Assembly: GCA_900128585.1 (NCBI GenBank)
Contig: LT642155.1
Span: 1-61,091, forward strand
Reading direction: 5' to 3'
Origin: Stramenopiles sp. TOSAG23-3
Taxonomy: Eukaryota
Length of the DNA stretch: 61,091 bases
Positions 20,601-30,225 of the stretch are shown here, piece after piece. The position numbers and the translations under genes were made by a program. The notes beneath the pieces were generated by a model, which was not told where the DNA came from, ran no database searches, and saw nothing but the letters and a program-made list of their open reading frames with translations. Within the stretch, counting starts at the first letter, position 1; every line of letters starts with the position of its first letter.

Positions 20601-22361
20601 ACGGACTGGGTCGAAGTATTTGATGAAGAAAGTGGGGCTCCGTATTACGTCAACATTATTACGAACGAGTACCAATGGAACTCTCCGACTGGGTTCGATG
20701 ACAGTAAGCACAATGATCGGCAAAAACTCTGGCTCGAGCAAGAGCACATGTCGCAGCTTTCCAGCCGGGGGGGGCAGGGCAAGGTCCGTGTTGCTGGCCC
20801 ATGGCGCGAGCTTACGGATGAAGAGTCCGGTGCGTCGTACTACCAAAACATGCAGTCGGGAGATTACACATGGGAAAAGCCCCATGGGTTCGACCAAGAG
20901 TGGCTTGTTTCTCAAGATCAAATGTCGATGTCCGCTCGATCTGATAGGGGTCGAAAAGCAGGACCATGGACTGAGCTTCACGACATGGAAACGGACACGG
21001 TCTACTACTTCAACGACAGGTCGGGCGAAGCCGTTTGGGAGAAGCCAGCAGGCTTTGATCAACGTTGGTTGGACCAACAAGATCAAGCTGCACTTATCCA
21101 AAGCTCGCGGCATTTGCGAGATGTCCAAGTGTGGCAAGAATACACGGACGACACCACTGGCGCAGTCTACTACTACAACAACCAGACGGGAGAAACGCAG
21201 TGGGACAAACCGCGGGGCTTTGACAAGAACTGGCTGGCTATCGAAGACGCTGTACAATTGTCTGCTCGCTCCATTCGAAAAGTGGACGCTGGGCAATGGG
21301 GCAAATACGCGGATGAAGAAAGCGGTGCAACGTACTACTACAATTCTGTTACGGGGGAAAAAAGTGATACGAAACCGACCCGATTTCTGCAAGACTGGCT
21401 CGACACCCACGAGGTGGATGAATTGGAGGAGGTGTCCACTGCGGGCCGCGTAGGCGGGCCCTGGACAGAAATGAAACACGATGAAACGGAAACTGTATTC
21501 TACATCCACTTCAAGACTAGAGATGCCATTGTTGAAGCTCCAGAAAATTTTGAAGATCAACATCGTATGGGAACCCTTCGCTCCGGTGGCCGTGTTATGT
21601 CCAGAAGAATGTCTGGTAAAGGCTGGACCGAGCTCATGGATACACGTACGGGAAACGCGTACTACCATGATCGCGAAACCAGGACGTACACGTGGGACAA
21701 ACCAGCCTCTTTTGATTCGGATTGGTTGGAGACGCAAGACATAAAGAAACTGGTGAAGAGGTCGAAACAGGGAGACTCGATCGGTAACCGTGGGTGGCAC
21801 ATTATGAGCGACCCGGACACTGACACCGTGTACTACTTTAACGAAGGAAAGGAAGAAGCGCGAGCGTCTCTGTCCCCCCGTACGGCACATGAAATGGACG
21901 ATCCCCCAAGCGCTCTCGGGGAAGCCGGAACCGCGCTGGCCAAGGGTGAAATACTCGATAAGGGAGGAAACACGGCCCGAAAACTTGCGGAACAAGAGAC
22001 GAAAGGCGGGAAATCTATTGACGGAGATTCTGATGATGATGAGGCAGAATTGCTGCAGTCGGTGCCCCAAGGAGAAGAGGTTCCAGAATTCTTGCGGAAG
22101 AAGCTCAAGCAAATCGCAGACGAACGCGAAGTATACAACGATCGGGCAGAGCACGTTTCGTGGATGGAAAACTTCATCGCGAAAGGAGAGTTTCTAAATG
22201 CGTCCAGTGTTGCGGATCAAATCCTCGTTGTTCAATCTGAAACGCGCACAAAACTGGGCAAGCATCTCACCGAGGACGGCAAAGCGCCCCCGGAAGAAAA
22301 AACGGAAGAACAATTGTGGCAAGAACAAGCGTATGCGGCTATGTTGGAAGAAGAAGACTGA
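17619..22361 (+). CDS. Large FBXL-type LRR + IQ-repeat + coiled-coil + tandem WW protein
   Basis: Cys-containing LRRs (LxxLxLxGCxxVTD), about 10 IQxxxRGxxxR-type motifs and about 9 WW-like units (W..xYYxN..TGExxWxKP). The alternative start at 17523 is less likely. Confidence 0.85.
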   Translation: MPKDSSFVPPSPSARGGGKKGAGVRLEPLPPGKTSHAKKKKPGSSSPRALRSFLRNFLSDDLGSFKTEVDLREHAKDSGTVIRDVTVQEVADMNPDLKSLSLTGCVEVTDVGIWALARTCFDLRELFLQGLPLVTHVGLRSLSLRCRALELIDLTDCERVDDMGLRVLAAGCWNLHTLKLTNCERCTDTGLMEIARMCPQLRDVDLRGCYRVCEYGDKTLVEMGKNCPELVSLNLDGCRHVGDGGIRALARGCQKLQILTLSGCERLSSPAVRALARGCPKLKKLYLNGCKNIMNGDLWFLMQACKRLRKLELRDCINLHANGMHALSEWGGKLTDLSLRGCARIDGPAIDALSAGCTALLSLDLSNCPRVGQEAISVLTEHCTRLITLNLTRCPKIGETFLRQKANELPFVQLSQTFRGFTGLPDALEKMKQAERFRLETAAALRIQSAWRACLARGGVAELRRLTKIAWVVPRFQAVFRGYITRKHLKRQRELEEEEKATRFVQRIWRGSRARIVFHDMKVQREVWVFRNQQAVLMQKVYRGHRGRIYAARRLHEHMEGILRVIRMNRIKEVAAGRIQAWMRGIFGRKEYMRVYEARKLAIAAEILRQKSSIKIQTLWRGKMAKEEAELRRERLRQLAREEAAARQIQRIYRGFVGRQEAAYARRAREYEKQIEAVLKIQRVWRGERGRHLFAVLKSVAMLRAHEKKNSEKLQSWWRGIMGRRNFAKYKEFVMTKRLRLQAVADFQRVYRGHKGREEAEVKQALKAIDNQTRPMFEKIKMLEKDLGMVSRDRNRMESFLKTSESTITAIEEELREVMQVKGAFYDSAKVTGTLQRFKTSYLQSALKATLDNIKARAEVEARALTQVERSQHELEKAIRIQERKLKPLLRNVEFDVREHRHVRLRKQVRDRQRGATMLQKLFRGHRVRGAIGRCGGVNYWIEAVDDDGLPYFFNTWSQEREDTMPFEMVLFGDIGGKGSKAAGTRSTKPAVDGTDWVEVFDEESGAPYYVNIITNEYQWNSPTGFDDSKHNDRQKLWLEQEHMSQLSSRGGQGKVRVAGPWRELTDEESGASYYQNMQSGDYTWEKPHGFDQEWLVSQDQMSMSARSDRGRKAGPWTELHDMETDTVYYFNDRSGEAVWEKPAGFDQRWLDQQDQAALIQSSRHLRDVQVWQEYTDDTTGAVYYYNNQTGETQWDKPRGFDKNWLAIEDAVQLSARSIRKVDAGQWGKYADEESGATYYYNSVTGEKSDTKPTRFLQDWLDTHEVDELEEVSTAGRVGGPWTEMKHDETETVFYIHFKTRDAIVEAPENFEDQHRMGTLRSGGRVMSRRMSGKGWTELMDTRTGNAYYHDRETRTYTWDKPASFDSDWLETQDIKKLVKRSKQGDSIGNRGWHIMSDPDTDTVYYFNEGKEEARASLSPRTAHEMDDPPSALGEAGTALAKGEILDKGGNTARKLAEQETKGGKSIDGDSDDDEAELLQSVPQGEEVPEFLRKKLKQIADEREVYNDRAEHVSWMENFIAKGEFLNASSVADQILVVQSETRTKLGKHLTEDGKAPPEEKTEEQLWQEQAYAAMLEEED

Positions 22362-22794
22362 CTCTTAAATTTAAATTATTGTTTTTTTAAAATTATACAA
22401 TTAGGTCATAATTATTTCGTATTTGTAAAAAATAATAAGTATTCATTGGAACCTATCAAGTATTTTCCAGATGATCTCCTCGTCGTAATACCTCGTACTA
22501 TATCCGTTACACACCACCTCCATCAACTTCTTCTTCTTTTGTTGTTGGAAGAATGGGGTTGTTAGACCTACGTAGTTTTATTCATATTATTATTAATTAA
22601 AATAATAATTTTATAAAAACTTTAAAATGATTTCACTCACTGACATTTACATTATTATTAATGTGAGAAAAAGGATAGTAGGTATTTCGGTCCTTTGGAA
22701 AAGAGAGTTTCGTGAAAATGAGGGATGGCGATCAAAGCTTTACGTCGAGCTCATTGGATTGTTTTTCCCTAGCGAGTACAAAAAAACAAAAAAA

Positions 22795-24105
22795 ATGGGT
22801 GACGTCGAGACATTTGGTGTGGAACTTTATTTTTACTTGGAGCGACAAATCAAGAGGATTTGGGGGATTCTTGACGTTCATAAAATTGGTCTTGTCAGTG
22901 AAGAACAGTATATTCATGCGTTGAAGAAGTTGGATGGATCATGGTCGCGTGATATTAAAGAATTGGTATCGTGGGAAATGGAATGGAGGAGTGTAATGAA
23001 ATTGATGCATGAGCGAACAACCGAACAATGTACCTCTCCGCCGGAGATCGAATCCAACAAAATTGACGAGAACATGATCACCTTTGAAGAATTTTACACC
23101 AATATCATGGAGTTGGCTGCAAAAATAGGCAGTAACAACGTAAAACGATGCTTTAATCGATGGCTAGCCATTGTTGAAAAAAGAATCCCAGATTCGGTGC
23201 TTGTTTCGCCAATTCGAACGGGAAATGCAACGCCCAAAACCATTAGAAACAAGGAAAGAGAACAAATCACCATTCCCAAGTCCATTGCATCCTCGAAAAT
23301 CATAAGTCTGCACCCAGTTTTACCCCCAGGTAACAAGCAAAAGTACAGAGTGAGGGTGATTACTAGAAAGGATATGACAGCAATACAAGTCTTTCAAAAT
23401 TGGCAAAAACAGAAGTCTCCACGTCCAACTAAACACGGTCTGATGGCGTACGATAATCGAATGGAGTACTATACATACGGCAACGCCCAAGGGCAATCAC
23501 GGAAGGAAGATACCGAGACGAGAGATTGGGGACGCTACGCATCGTCATATAGAACCCACAACGACACACGCATTACGACCCCAAGCCCTAGGACGCGCCG
23601 CGCCAAGCGTGCAGTATCCGAACTGCGACGATCCCACAAGAAATGTCATCAGCACAAAAGGCCCCAAACAGTCGGTGCCGTAAGGCAGCGGAGCCCCCGC
23701 TATTTTCTTGGCAATCCCGAACGTCCGACAACCTCTATGCCAGACCGACCGCTGTCGCCTCAGAAATTGCCAGCACGCCCGAAGATAGCACAACCGGAGT
23801 TCCAGATTGATGAAAATGTTGTTCGAGTGTCACGCTTGAAGTGTAAAAATGAGCGCCCTCTGCCTCGTAGTCCGTGGCATTTTGCTACCGACCATAGACG
23901 GTCTGGGAAAATAGTAAAGTCAACGCCCCGGGTGAGATCTCCGCGCCAGCCAACACTGAGAGACGGCATCAATGATGAAGTATTCATAGTGAAATGCCTG
24001 AGCAATATAAGGCCCAATACATGCCCCAACAGTACCCAAATTGGAAAAGTCAAATTTCGTCGGTCACCAGGGACAAGCAGAGCCAGGCAAGTAAAGGGAG
24101 AGTGA
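22795..24105 (+). CDS. Hypothetical protein with a degenerate EF-hand-like N-terminus and basic SPR-rich disordered tail
   Basis: Long ORF. IWGILDVHKIGLVSEEQY and ITFEEF resemble EF-hand loops. Confidence 0.6.
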   Translation: MGDVETFGVELYFYLERQIKRIWGILDVHKIGLVSEEQYIHALKKLDGSWSRDIKELVSWEMEWRSVMKLMHERTTEQCTSPPEIESNKIDENMITFEEFYTNIMELAAKIGSNNVKRCFNRWLAIVEKRIPDSVLVSPIRTGNATPKTIRNKEREQITIPKSIASSKIISLHPVLPPGNKQKYRVRVITRKDMTAIQVFQNWQKQKSPRPTKHGLMAYDNRMEYYTYGNAQGQSRKEDTETRDWGRYASSYRTHNDTRITTPSPRTRRAKRAVSELRRSHKKCHQHKRPQTVGAVRQRSPRYFLGNPERPTTSMPDRPLSPQKLPARPKIAQPEFQIDENVVRVSRLKCKNERPLPRSPWHFATDHRRSGKIVKSTPRVRSPRQPTLRDGINDEVFIVKCLSNIRPNTCPNSTQIGKVKFRRSPGTSRARQVKGE

Positions 24106-24470
24106 TTTAAAAAAGTAAAAATATTACATACACTCTCTCGTAATTTAAAAAAAAAAAAAGATACGTCTTACTGAATCTCAGATACATTAATTAAATGAAC
24201 AAAAGGAGTAGATTCATTTTCGCGGGGTATAGGAGGAAGATAAATTTTAATTACTTTTTTGGATACACTCTTGTTTTATGATGATGTGTACACATAAAAA
24301 ATAGAAAAACCAAAACGCAATATCATTAATACATAAACTGGATTAGGCAAGATCAGTTTAAGTTTAAGAAAGTTTACGACCCCCTGTGAGGGGGAGGGAC
24401 GAGAAACTCTGCTTTTTAAGAGGAAAAATACACTAAGCAGTAATTGCTAGGGGGGGCACCCTAGTCCTCT

Positions 24471-25247
24471 TTAATTGTATGTCACCTTTTCTGGGGGAAA
24501 ATGACCAGAGTTTCCCAAATCCGACACGTTCACTCGCCCCTCCGAATTTATGCTCATAGTCGTAATCGAGCCATTCGCAACGGAAAGGCGAAGCCAAGCA
24601 CTTGGCGGCAACTGTAAGGCTCGCATAAAAAAGTAGCGGATGACATTCCCATGACACACGAATAATGTAGTAGTATTCTGGTCCTCCCCAACACCCGCCC
24701 GATGCACGTTCTCTTTGAAACAACCTTCGATCCGTTCCCCATCTTCTTCGAATTCTTCAGCAGAGGGTCGCCAAGTTGGATGGATGGGGACAGGCGGGTA
24801 AACAGCGCCCTCTCGAATCGATTCGGAAGGATCCGCGGGAATCCCTGTCGGCAGCTCTTCCCGTATAATATTGCTAGTCTCCGTGGCTCGTGTCATTGTA
24901 CTGTAGATTATATTGTCGATTTTGTTTCCCGGGATTATGCTATTAGAACCATATATTTCATTTAAACGGCGGCCCGTAATTCTCGCTTGCTCGCGTCCAA
25001 GCGGTGTCAAGACTTTTCCCAGATCCGTCTTCGCGTGCACGTATTGTCCATGACGCACAAAGATCAAAGTCCGCGTTCCTTTACCATGACTATTCTGTCT
25101 ATTGTCCCAATTCCAAGCCCAACTATTTCCGGGAAACTGCTTTGTCTGGAATTCGTTGTGCGACCCAGCCCAGTGGTGCAGAAAATACGAGGCGGCACCC
25201 GCACCACCCAGCAGTCCAGGCAATGGACGTAGAAAGGCACGAGACAT
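24471..25247 (-). CDS. PGAM5: Mitochondrial Ser/Thr phosphatase PGAM5-like
   Basis: WDxNWD-like WAWNWD, LIFVRHGQY, LTPLGREQA, STMTRATET and VCHGNVIRYF..RALQLP..AWLRL. Confidence 0.92.
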   Translation of the reverse strand: MSRAFLRPLPGLLGGAGAASYFLHHWAGSHNEFQTKQFPGNSWAWNWDNRQNSHGKGTRTLIFVRHGQYVHAKTDLGKVLTPLGREQARITGRRLNEIYGSNSIIPGNKIDNIIYSTMTRATETSNIIREELPTGIPADPSESIREGAVYPPVPIHPTWRPSAEEFEEDGERIEGCFKENVHRAGVGEDQNTTTLFVCHGNVIRYFFMRALQLPPSAWLRLSVANGSITTMSINSEGRVNVSDLGNSGHFPPEKVTYN

Positions 25248-26285
25248 CTCTCCGTAAAATCTAACGAACGAAGTTTTCTTCGGTCAAAAAGATGCGCTAC
25301 TATTATAAAAATAGGTATAAAATGTTACCTGATCTTCATCTTCGACTACATTGTCAAAAACTTAGCTGCAACTCTTTAAAACATTTAAGTTCATTATATA
25401 TATAGAAATTCATTAATGCACGGTCGTTTGTTTTACCAACACAAACAATTCTTCTCTCTCTCTATTATAGCTATATATATACTCTAATAAAAAAAAATCT
25501 TTTTTTTTAATTTAAATTTTTTAAAATTATAATATATAATATTATGATGATGCTGTCTTTATGTTAATAGCCGTTTTTTTTCCTCCTCTTCTTCTTTTTT
25601 CTTCTTCTATTTTCTATTTAACTTTTCTCAAACAAAAATAACATTACACAGCATCGAATAAAATATTCAAAAAAAATAAATAAATAATAAATATATTTTC
25701 AAATAGTTATAATTAGGGTTTCATGTTTTTTCAGAGTTCTGCCTAAAAAAATAAATAAAAAATGATTCCCGTAATTTTTTTGAGATAAGTTAAAAACAAA
25801 TTTAAAGAGACGTCCTACTTTCTATGCTATTTCCCTATAGTTTGTGATTATTTTTTTATTAAAATATAGTCTGGAATGAAATTACAGAAGTCTGTATTTG
25901 TTTTACCCAAAGGTTTTTCTTTTCATTCTTAATAGGTAAATAGCACTGATATTTAACATTTGTCGAAGTCTTCTTCACGCCATCATCGTCATCATTTTCT
26001 TCCTTCAATAGTATCATCACACCACACCACACACCACATTCGTCGTTGCATTTTATAAAGTTGTTGCGCCATCCATGTATGCGCGGTCACTATGTGTTTA
26101 CAAGTATACTCTATCTATCCCTCCAACACGTTGACGAGGTAATGTAAATTTAAAGTTTTGAATAATGAAAGATTTAAAATAGAGATAAGATTAGCAATAA
26201 ATTATAGAATAATTTATTAACAATTACATTCAAGCATTAACAAACAAACGAACACCACCCACGAAACAAAAACACTACAAACGCC

Positions 26286-28232
26286 ATGCCGAAGATAAAG
26301 CTTTCCGCCATTGTCCTCATGGGCGTTGCTTGCGCCTTGCTGTTGGCCCAAGACGTATCCGCCGAAGCCTCCTTTAACTTTGAAATAAGTAAAAGAACTG
26401 AGAATACGATCAGACAATTTATGTCTGTGCCGCACATTCCCAATACAATGACTAAAAGCAGCATGTCTGTCGGGTTGCTGAGCGAATCCCGCCCCAGCGA
26501 ACTGCGACAGAACTTCTTTGCCCAGCTAAAGTCATTCCCAACTATTTATATGATTTACGCAGGGTTCGAGACCGGTTACTTTTCCGGTTACTTTCGCAAA
26601 ACCGACAATCCCGTGACGTACCAGTACACCTGGCGTGGCGCAGGAACGAACGACACCCGCCTGTACTGGTGGGCAGACGGAAACAACGGAGACGTCGAGT
26701 ACAACCAAGGTATACAGAGGAGTCGCCAGTATGATCCCAGACTCCGCGGTTGGTACATGCAAACCAAGGAGGCCGAAAAACAACTATGGAGTTCCATTTA
26801 CATATTTGCTTCGTCAAATCAACTGGGGCTAACCGCCTGCGAGCCACTGATCGATTCAAACGGAAATCTCGAAGGGGTTCTTGCCGTTGACTACACCCTC
26901 GGCGACATCGACAAGTTCCTCACGTCGGAGTTCAGCGCGGAGGGTCGTGCCGTTTTCCTCGTGGAGAAGAACACCGGCTACCTCGTGGGAAGCTCAACAT
27001 TGGACCCAATCCTGCGAGTCGTGAAAGATGGCGAAGATCCGCAGCGTGTCAAAGCGGTAGACAGCCGCGATGAACTCGTAAAGACAACGTCCGTGTATCT
27101 CGAGAGCATTAGCTGGCCAGAAGGGCTTCGAGTCCACGCCGGTCGGTACATTCAAGTGCGTGAGTACAGTGATCCCGGAGGTCTGTCCTGGTACATTGTC
27201 GTCGTTATGCCCTCCTCCGAGGCGGACGATTACGTACAGGTCGGAAGTCCATTTGAAGCAGCCATACTGGCCATGGTTGTCCTTGGACTCTTGTTTCCTG
27301 TTTCCGCGGGGATATTCGTCTTCATTGGAAGAAAGAAAGTCATCTGGAAGGCCGCGCAGCCCCCTTTCTTGATATTGTTTGCGTTCGCATCCGCGCTTAT
27401 TCCCCTGTTCCAGCTAGCCTTCTTGGGGCCGAACACAGCAGAACTGTGCAACATTCGTCCGTGGCTGTTTAACTTGGGGTTCACGCTGATGTTCTCTGTG
27501 CTCTTTGTAAAAGTTCACCGGGTGTCGCTGATCTTCAACAACTCATCTATGAAAAAAGTCAAAATGGGACCGCAGCAAATGCTGATGCGGGTGGCAATAA
27601 TGGTTTTCGTGGAAATGCTGATCCAAATGTGCTGGAGCCTTGTGGATCCAAACCGACCGACCATCGTGACTTCAACGGGAGCCCAAGGAGAGTACGTCGA
27701 AAGAACTCTATGCGCTTCGTCCACCAGTACATTTAGCATTCTTGCAATCTTGTACAAAGGCATCATTGTCGTGTGGGGATGTGTGCTAGCATGGAAAACC
27801 CGAAACATTCATGGCGCATTCGCGGAATCCAAGGCGCTGATGCTTACCATGTACAACATTGCCTTCGTCGGGGTTGTCGTGCTATGCCTGTACAATCTGT
27901 TGGACGTGAACGGGCCCACCAAAGTCCTCGTTCAATCGTTTGGTGTGTTGTGGGTCACTCTTATCAGCACAATCCTTGTGTACGGCCCAAGGACATTCCA
28001 GCTTATCATGAAAGGAGACATCGACATGAAAGAAGTCATGCGCCAACAAACCATGATGACGTCGTCGGGACTAACAACAAGCGGTGAGTCGGACACAGCA
28101 AAGGACCACACGATTCAAAACCAGCTAAGGCAAATCCAAAGCATGAAAGAGGAAGTCTCCTCTCTGCAAGAGAAGCTCAGAGAAGCTAAAAACGTCGTTA
28201 AAAATATGGACATTGAACAAGGCCGTAACTAG
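26286..28232 (+). CDS. Signal peptide + dCache sensor domain + class C (GABA-B-like) GPCR 7TM + coiled-coil tail
   Basis: N-terminal hydrophobic leader; YDPRLRGWY...WSSIY...GVLAVD dCache motif. 7tm_3 hallmarks KAAQPPFL, LCNIRPWLFNLGFTLMFSVLFVKVHRV, LAWKTRNI..AFAESK and YGPR. Confidence 0.85.
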   Translation: MPKIKLSAIVLMGVACALLLAQDVSAEASFNFEISKRTENTIRQFMSVPHIPNTMTKSSMSVGLLSESRPSELRQNFFAQLKSFPTIYMIYAGFETGYFSGYFRKTDNPVTYQYTWRGAGTNDTRLYWWADGNNGDVEYNQGIQRSRQYDPRLRGWYMQTKEAEKQLWSSIYIFASSNQLGLTACEPLIDSNGNLEGVLAVDYTLGDIDKFLTSEFSAEGRAVFLVEKNTGYLVGSSTLDPILRVVKDGEDPQRVKAVDSRDELVKTTSVYLESISWPEGLRVHAGRYIQVREYSDPGGLSWYIVVVMPSSEADDYVQVGSPFEAAILAMVVLGLLFPVSAGIFVFIGRKKVIWKAAQPPFLILFAFASALIPLFQLAFLGPNTAELCNIRPWLFNLGFTLMFSVLFVKVHRVSLIFNNSSMKKVKMGPQQMLMRVAIMVFVEMLIQMCWSLVDPNRPTIVTSTGAQGEYVERTLCASSTSTFSILAILYKGIIVVWGCVLAWKTRNIHGAFAESKALMLTMYNIAFVGVVVLCLYNLLDVNGPTKVLVQSFGVLWVTLISTILVYGPRTFQLIMKGDIDMKEVMRQQTMMTSSGLTTSGESDTAKDHTIQNQLRQIQSMKEEVSSLQEKLREAKNVVKNMDIEQGRN

Positions 28233-28677
28233 CTTCTGAAACTGTAAATTACAGCAAACGTTGCCCTACGCGAGGCGCTGAAAACATTACGATAGTAACT
28301 TGCGCCAAAACGCAATCCGAAAAAACAAAAACAAAAACCTGAGGAGAAAATTATTAAACTAAGCAACTCAAATGCAAAAATGTGCTCGTTGTAAAGTTTT
28401 AAGAATGACCGAGAAGATTTTTTAAAAGACTTTTTTGGCACAAAGAACGTTTACAAAAAGTAATTACTTTCAGGGGGGAAAATAATACACACATAAATTT
28501 AAAAATAGCTATTTTTTTCCGTTTACAAAACAAGTTTACCTCACTTTTTGGTACTTTCGTGTGTGTACATAATCAGCCTCCTGGCGAGGTTTTGAAACCT
28601 CCTTTTTGCTCTAAATCTAGCCCCCCGTCCACTCTCTTCGTTGTATGTTCGCGTGAACATCACACCTTTTGAGTAAT

Positions 28678-30225
28678 CTATGTCAAAAATGGGAAGTATC
28701 GACGAAAATTTGTAAGAGCAGAAAACACACTAAAAGAGCTCCCAGCAAGCGCCAACGAACCGATCCATTTTGAACTGGGGAACAAAGAAAACGAGCGGTA
28801 AAAGGCTACGGCATGCACCAGTTTGACGAACGTTTCTGCGACTTTGGAAGCCATGGCATTCCTGATGTAAAGCGGGTGCCTTTGAAGGCTCAACTGCTTC
28901 ATCAGGCGCTCTATACTTTTAAAAAAAACTATCAGCTGTCCAGAATGCCAATAATTGAGCAATGCTTCGTACTGGCCACTGTAAAGCACATACAGGATTG
29001 CGCCGATGCTTCCTGCGCTGTTTAGACCAAAAAGAGTCGAGAGTGCGCCCCTCTTCGTTCGGTCCATCGTTTCCATTGCAACATACGCCAAGGAAATGGA
29101 GTTGAATAAAGTTGAAAAGGGAACCTCCCCGGTCATTAGTCGTCCCATCGCTTTTCGATTCCAGATTGATGAAGTAATGAAAAAAGCGCTCATTATGAAC
29201 GAATGAATTGCGCTCCCGATCCTACTTATCAAAGCATGCTGCCCGTTCACATTTAGGATGTTAAACGGCAGGAATCGAGCCGAAAGCTGGGCCTCCGCGA
29301 TCGAACGAACCCACATCAAGACGGCAGTAGAGAGGCCGGTGAAGAGAAGCGCCGTTCGACGCTTCCTTCGTAACTTTCCCGTATAAAATAAACCTTCTAA
29401 CACCGTTAAAGGGGCGTAAGATTCCTCCGTAGACACATACCAACTGTGTGGAATATTTTCAAACCGGCTCAGATCGCCGCAGGAAAAAACGTACAAGCTT
29501 CCTCCCCCCGAAGCGTGAAGCTCCCCCAACGATTCTGGCAAGCTGATGACGTTTGGCGTGCCGTCCATTAAAAGCTCTTGCAGCATTTTTAACTTTCCAA
29601 TATCCTCTGGGATGTTTGCAAGTGCTGGTAAATCGTACATGTACAAGCACCTCAACGACGTTAAATTTCCTATTGAGGAAGGAAGGCTTGAGAAGATGTT
29701 GTTTTCGAGCCTCAGGATCCTCAACTCGGTGCACTGGCCAATTTCATACGGGATTGATCGAAGCTCGTTATTTTGCAAGTACAAACTTCTCAAGTTGTTC
29801 ATTCGACCGATCGAGTTGGTCAAACACTTCAAACAATTATTGCTGGCATCGAAAAACTCTAACGAAACCAGATTGGAACCAAAATACTTTGGCAGTTCCC
29901 GCAGGCTGTTCTCGCTCAGGTCGAGGTGTACTAAACGGGCGTAGTCAAGCCCGTCCGAGCCGGAGGCACCGAACCCGTTCGGCAACTTTGACAGCTTCAG
30001 GTTTCGAAGGCAGAGTCGTCCCCGCAAAATAACATTACCTATGTCTTGAACATCCCTCATTACAGATGCTACACGCTTTGCAGCAGAGCCTTCCTCCCCT
30101 GCTTTATTGTCCAATGCCCCGCTTCCTGCAGCGACACCATCATGCGGTTCCCGAGGAGGAGTCCTTGCCCGTAGCAAGAGCGCACGCGTGTCCTCGGCAT
30201 TCCCAAGAGTGCTTCTACGCCTCAT
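28678..30225 (-). CDS. Leucine-rich repeat protein (LxxLP type) with a C-terminal multi-pass membrane domain
   Basis: About 6-7 LRRs (LDLSENSLRELP, LYLQNNELRSIP) followed by several hydrophobic helices. First ATG at 30225. Confidence 0.8.
   Translation of the reverse strand: MRRRSTLGNAEDTRALLLRARTPPREPHDGVAAGSGALDNKAGEEGSAAKRVASVMRDVQDIGNVILRGRLCLRNLKLSKLPNGFGASGSDGLDYARLVHLDLSENSLRELPKYFGSNLVSLEFFDASNNCLKCLTNSIGRMNNLRSLYLQNNELRSIPYEIGQCTELRILRLENNIFSSLPSSIGNLTSLRCLYMYDLPALANIPEDIGKLKMLQELLMDGTPNVISLPESLGELHASGGGSLYVFSCGDLSRFENIPHSWYVSTEESYAPLTVLEGLFYTGKLRRKRRTALLFTGLSTAVLMWVRSIAEAQLSARFLPFNILNVNGQHALISRIGSAIHSFIMSAFFITSSIWNRKAMGRLMTGEVPFSTLFNSISLAYVAMETMDRTKRGALSTLFGLNSAGSIGAILYVLYSGQYEALLNYWHSGQLIVFFKSIERLMKQLSLQRHPLYIRNAMASKVAETFVKLVHAVAFYRSFSLFPSSKWIGSLALAGSSFSVFSALTNFRRYFPFLT

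Noticed and set aside
20221-22154. 410-aa and 554-aa ORFs overlapping the WW region
   Set aside because: Alternate-frame and antisense shadows of a well-supported gene.
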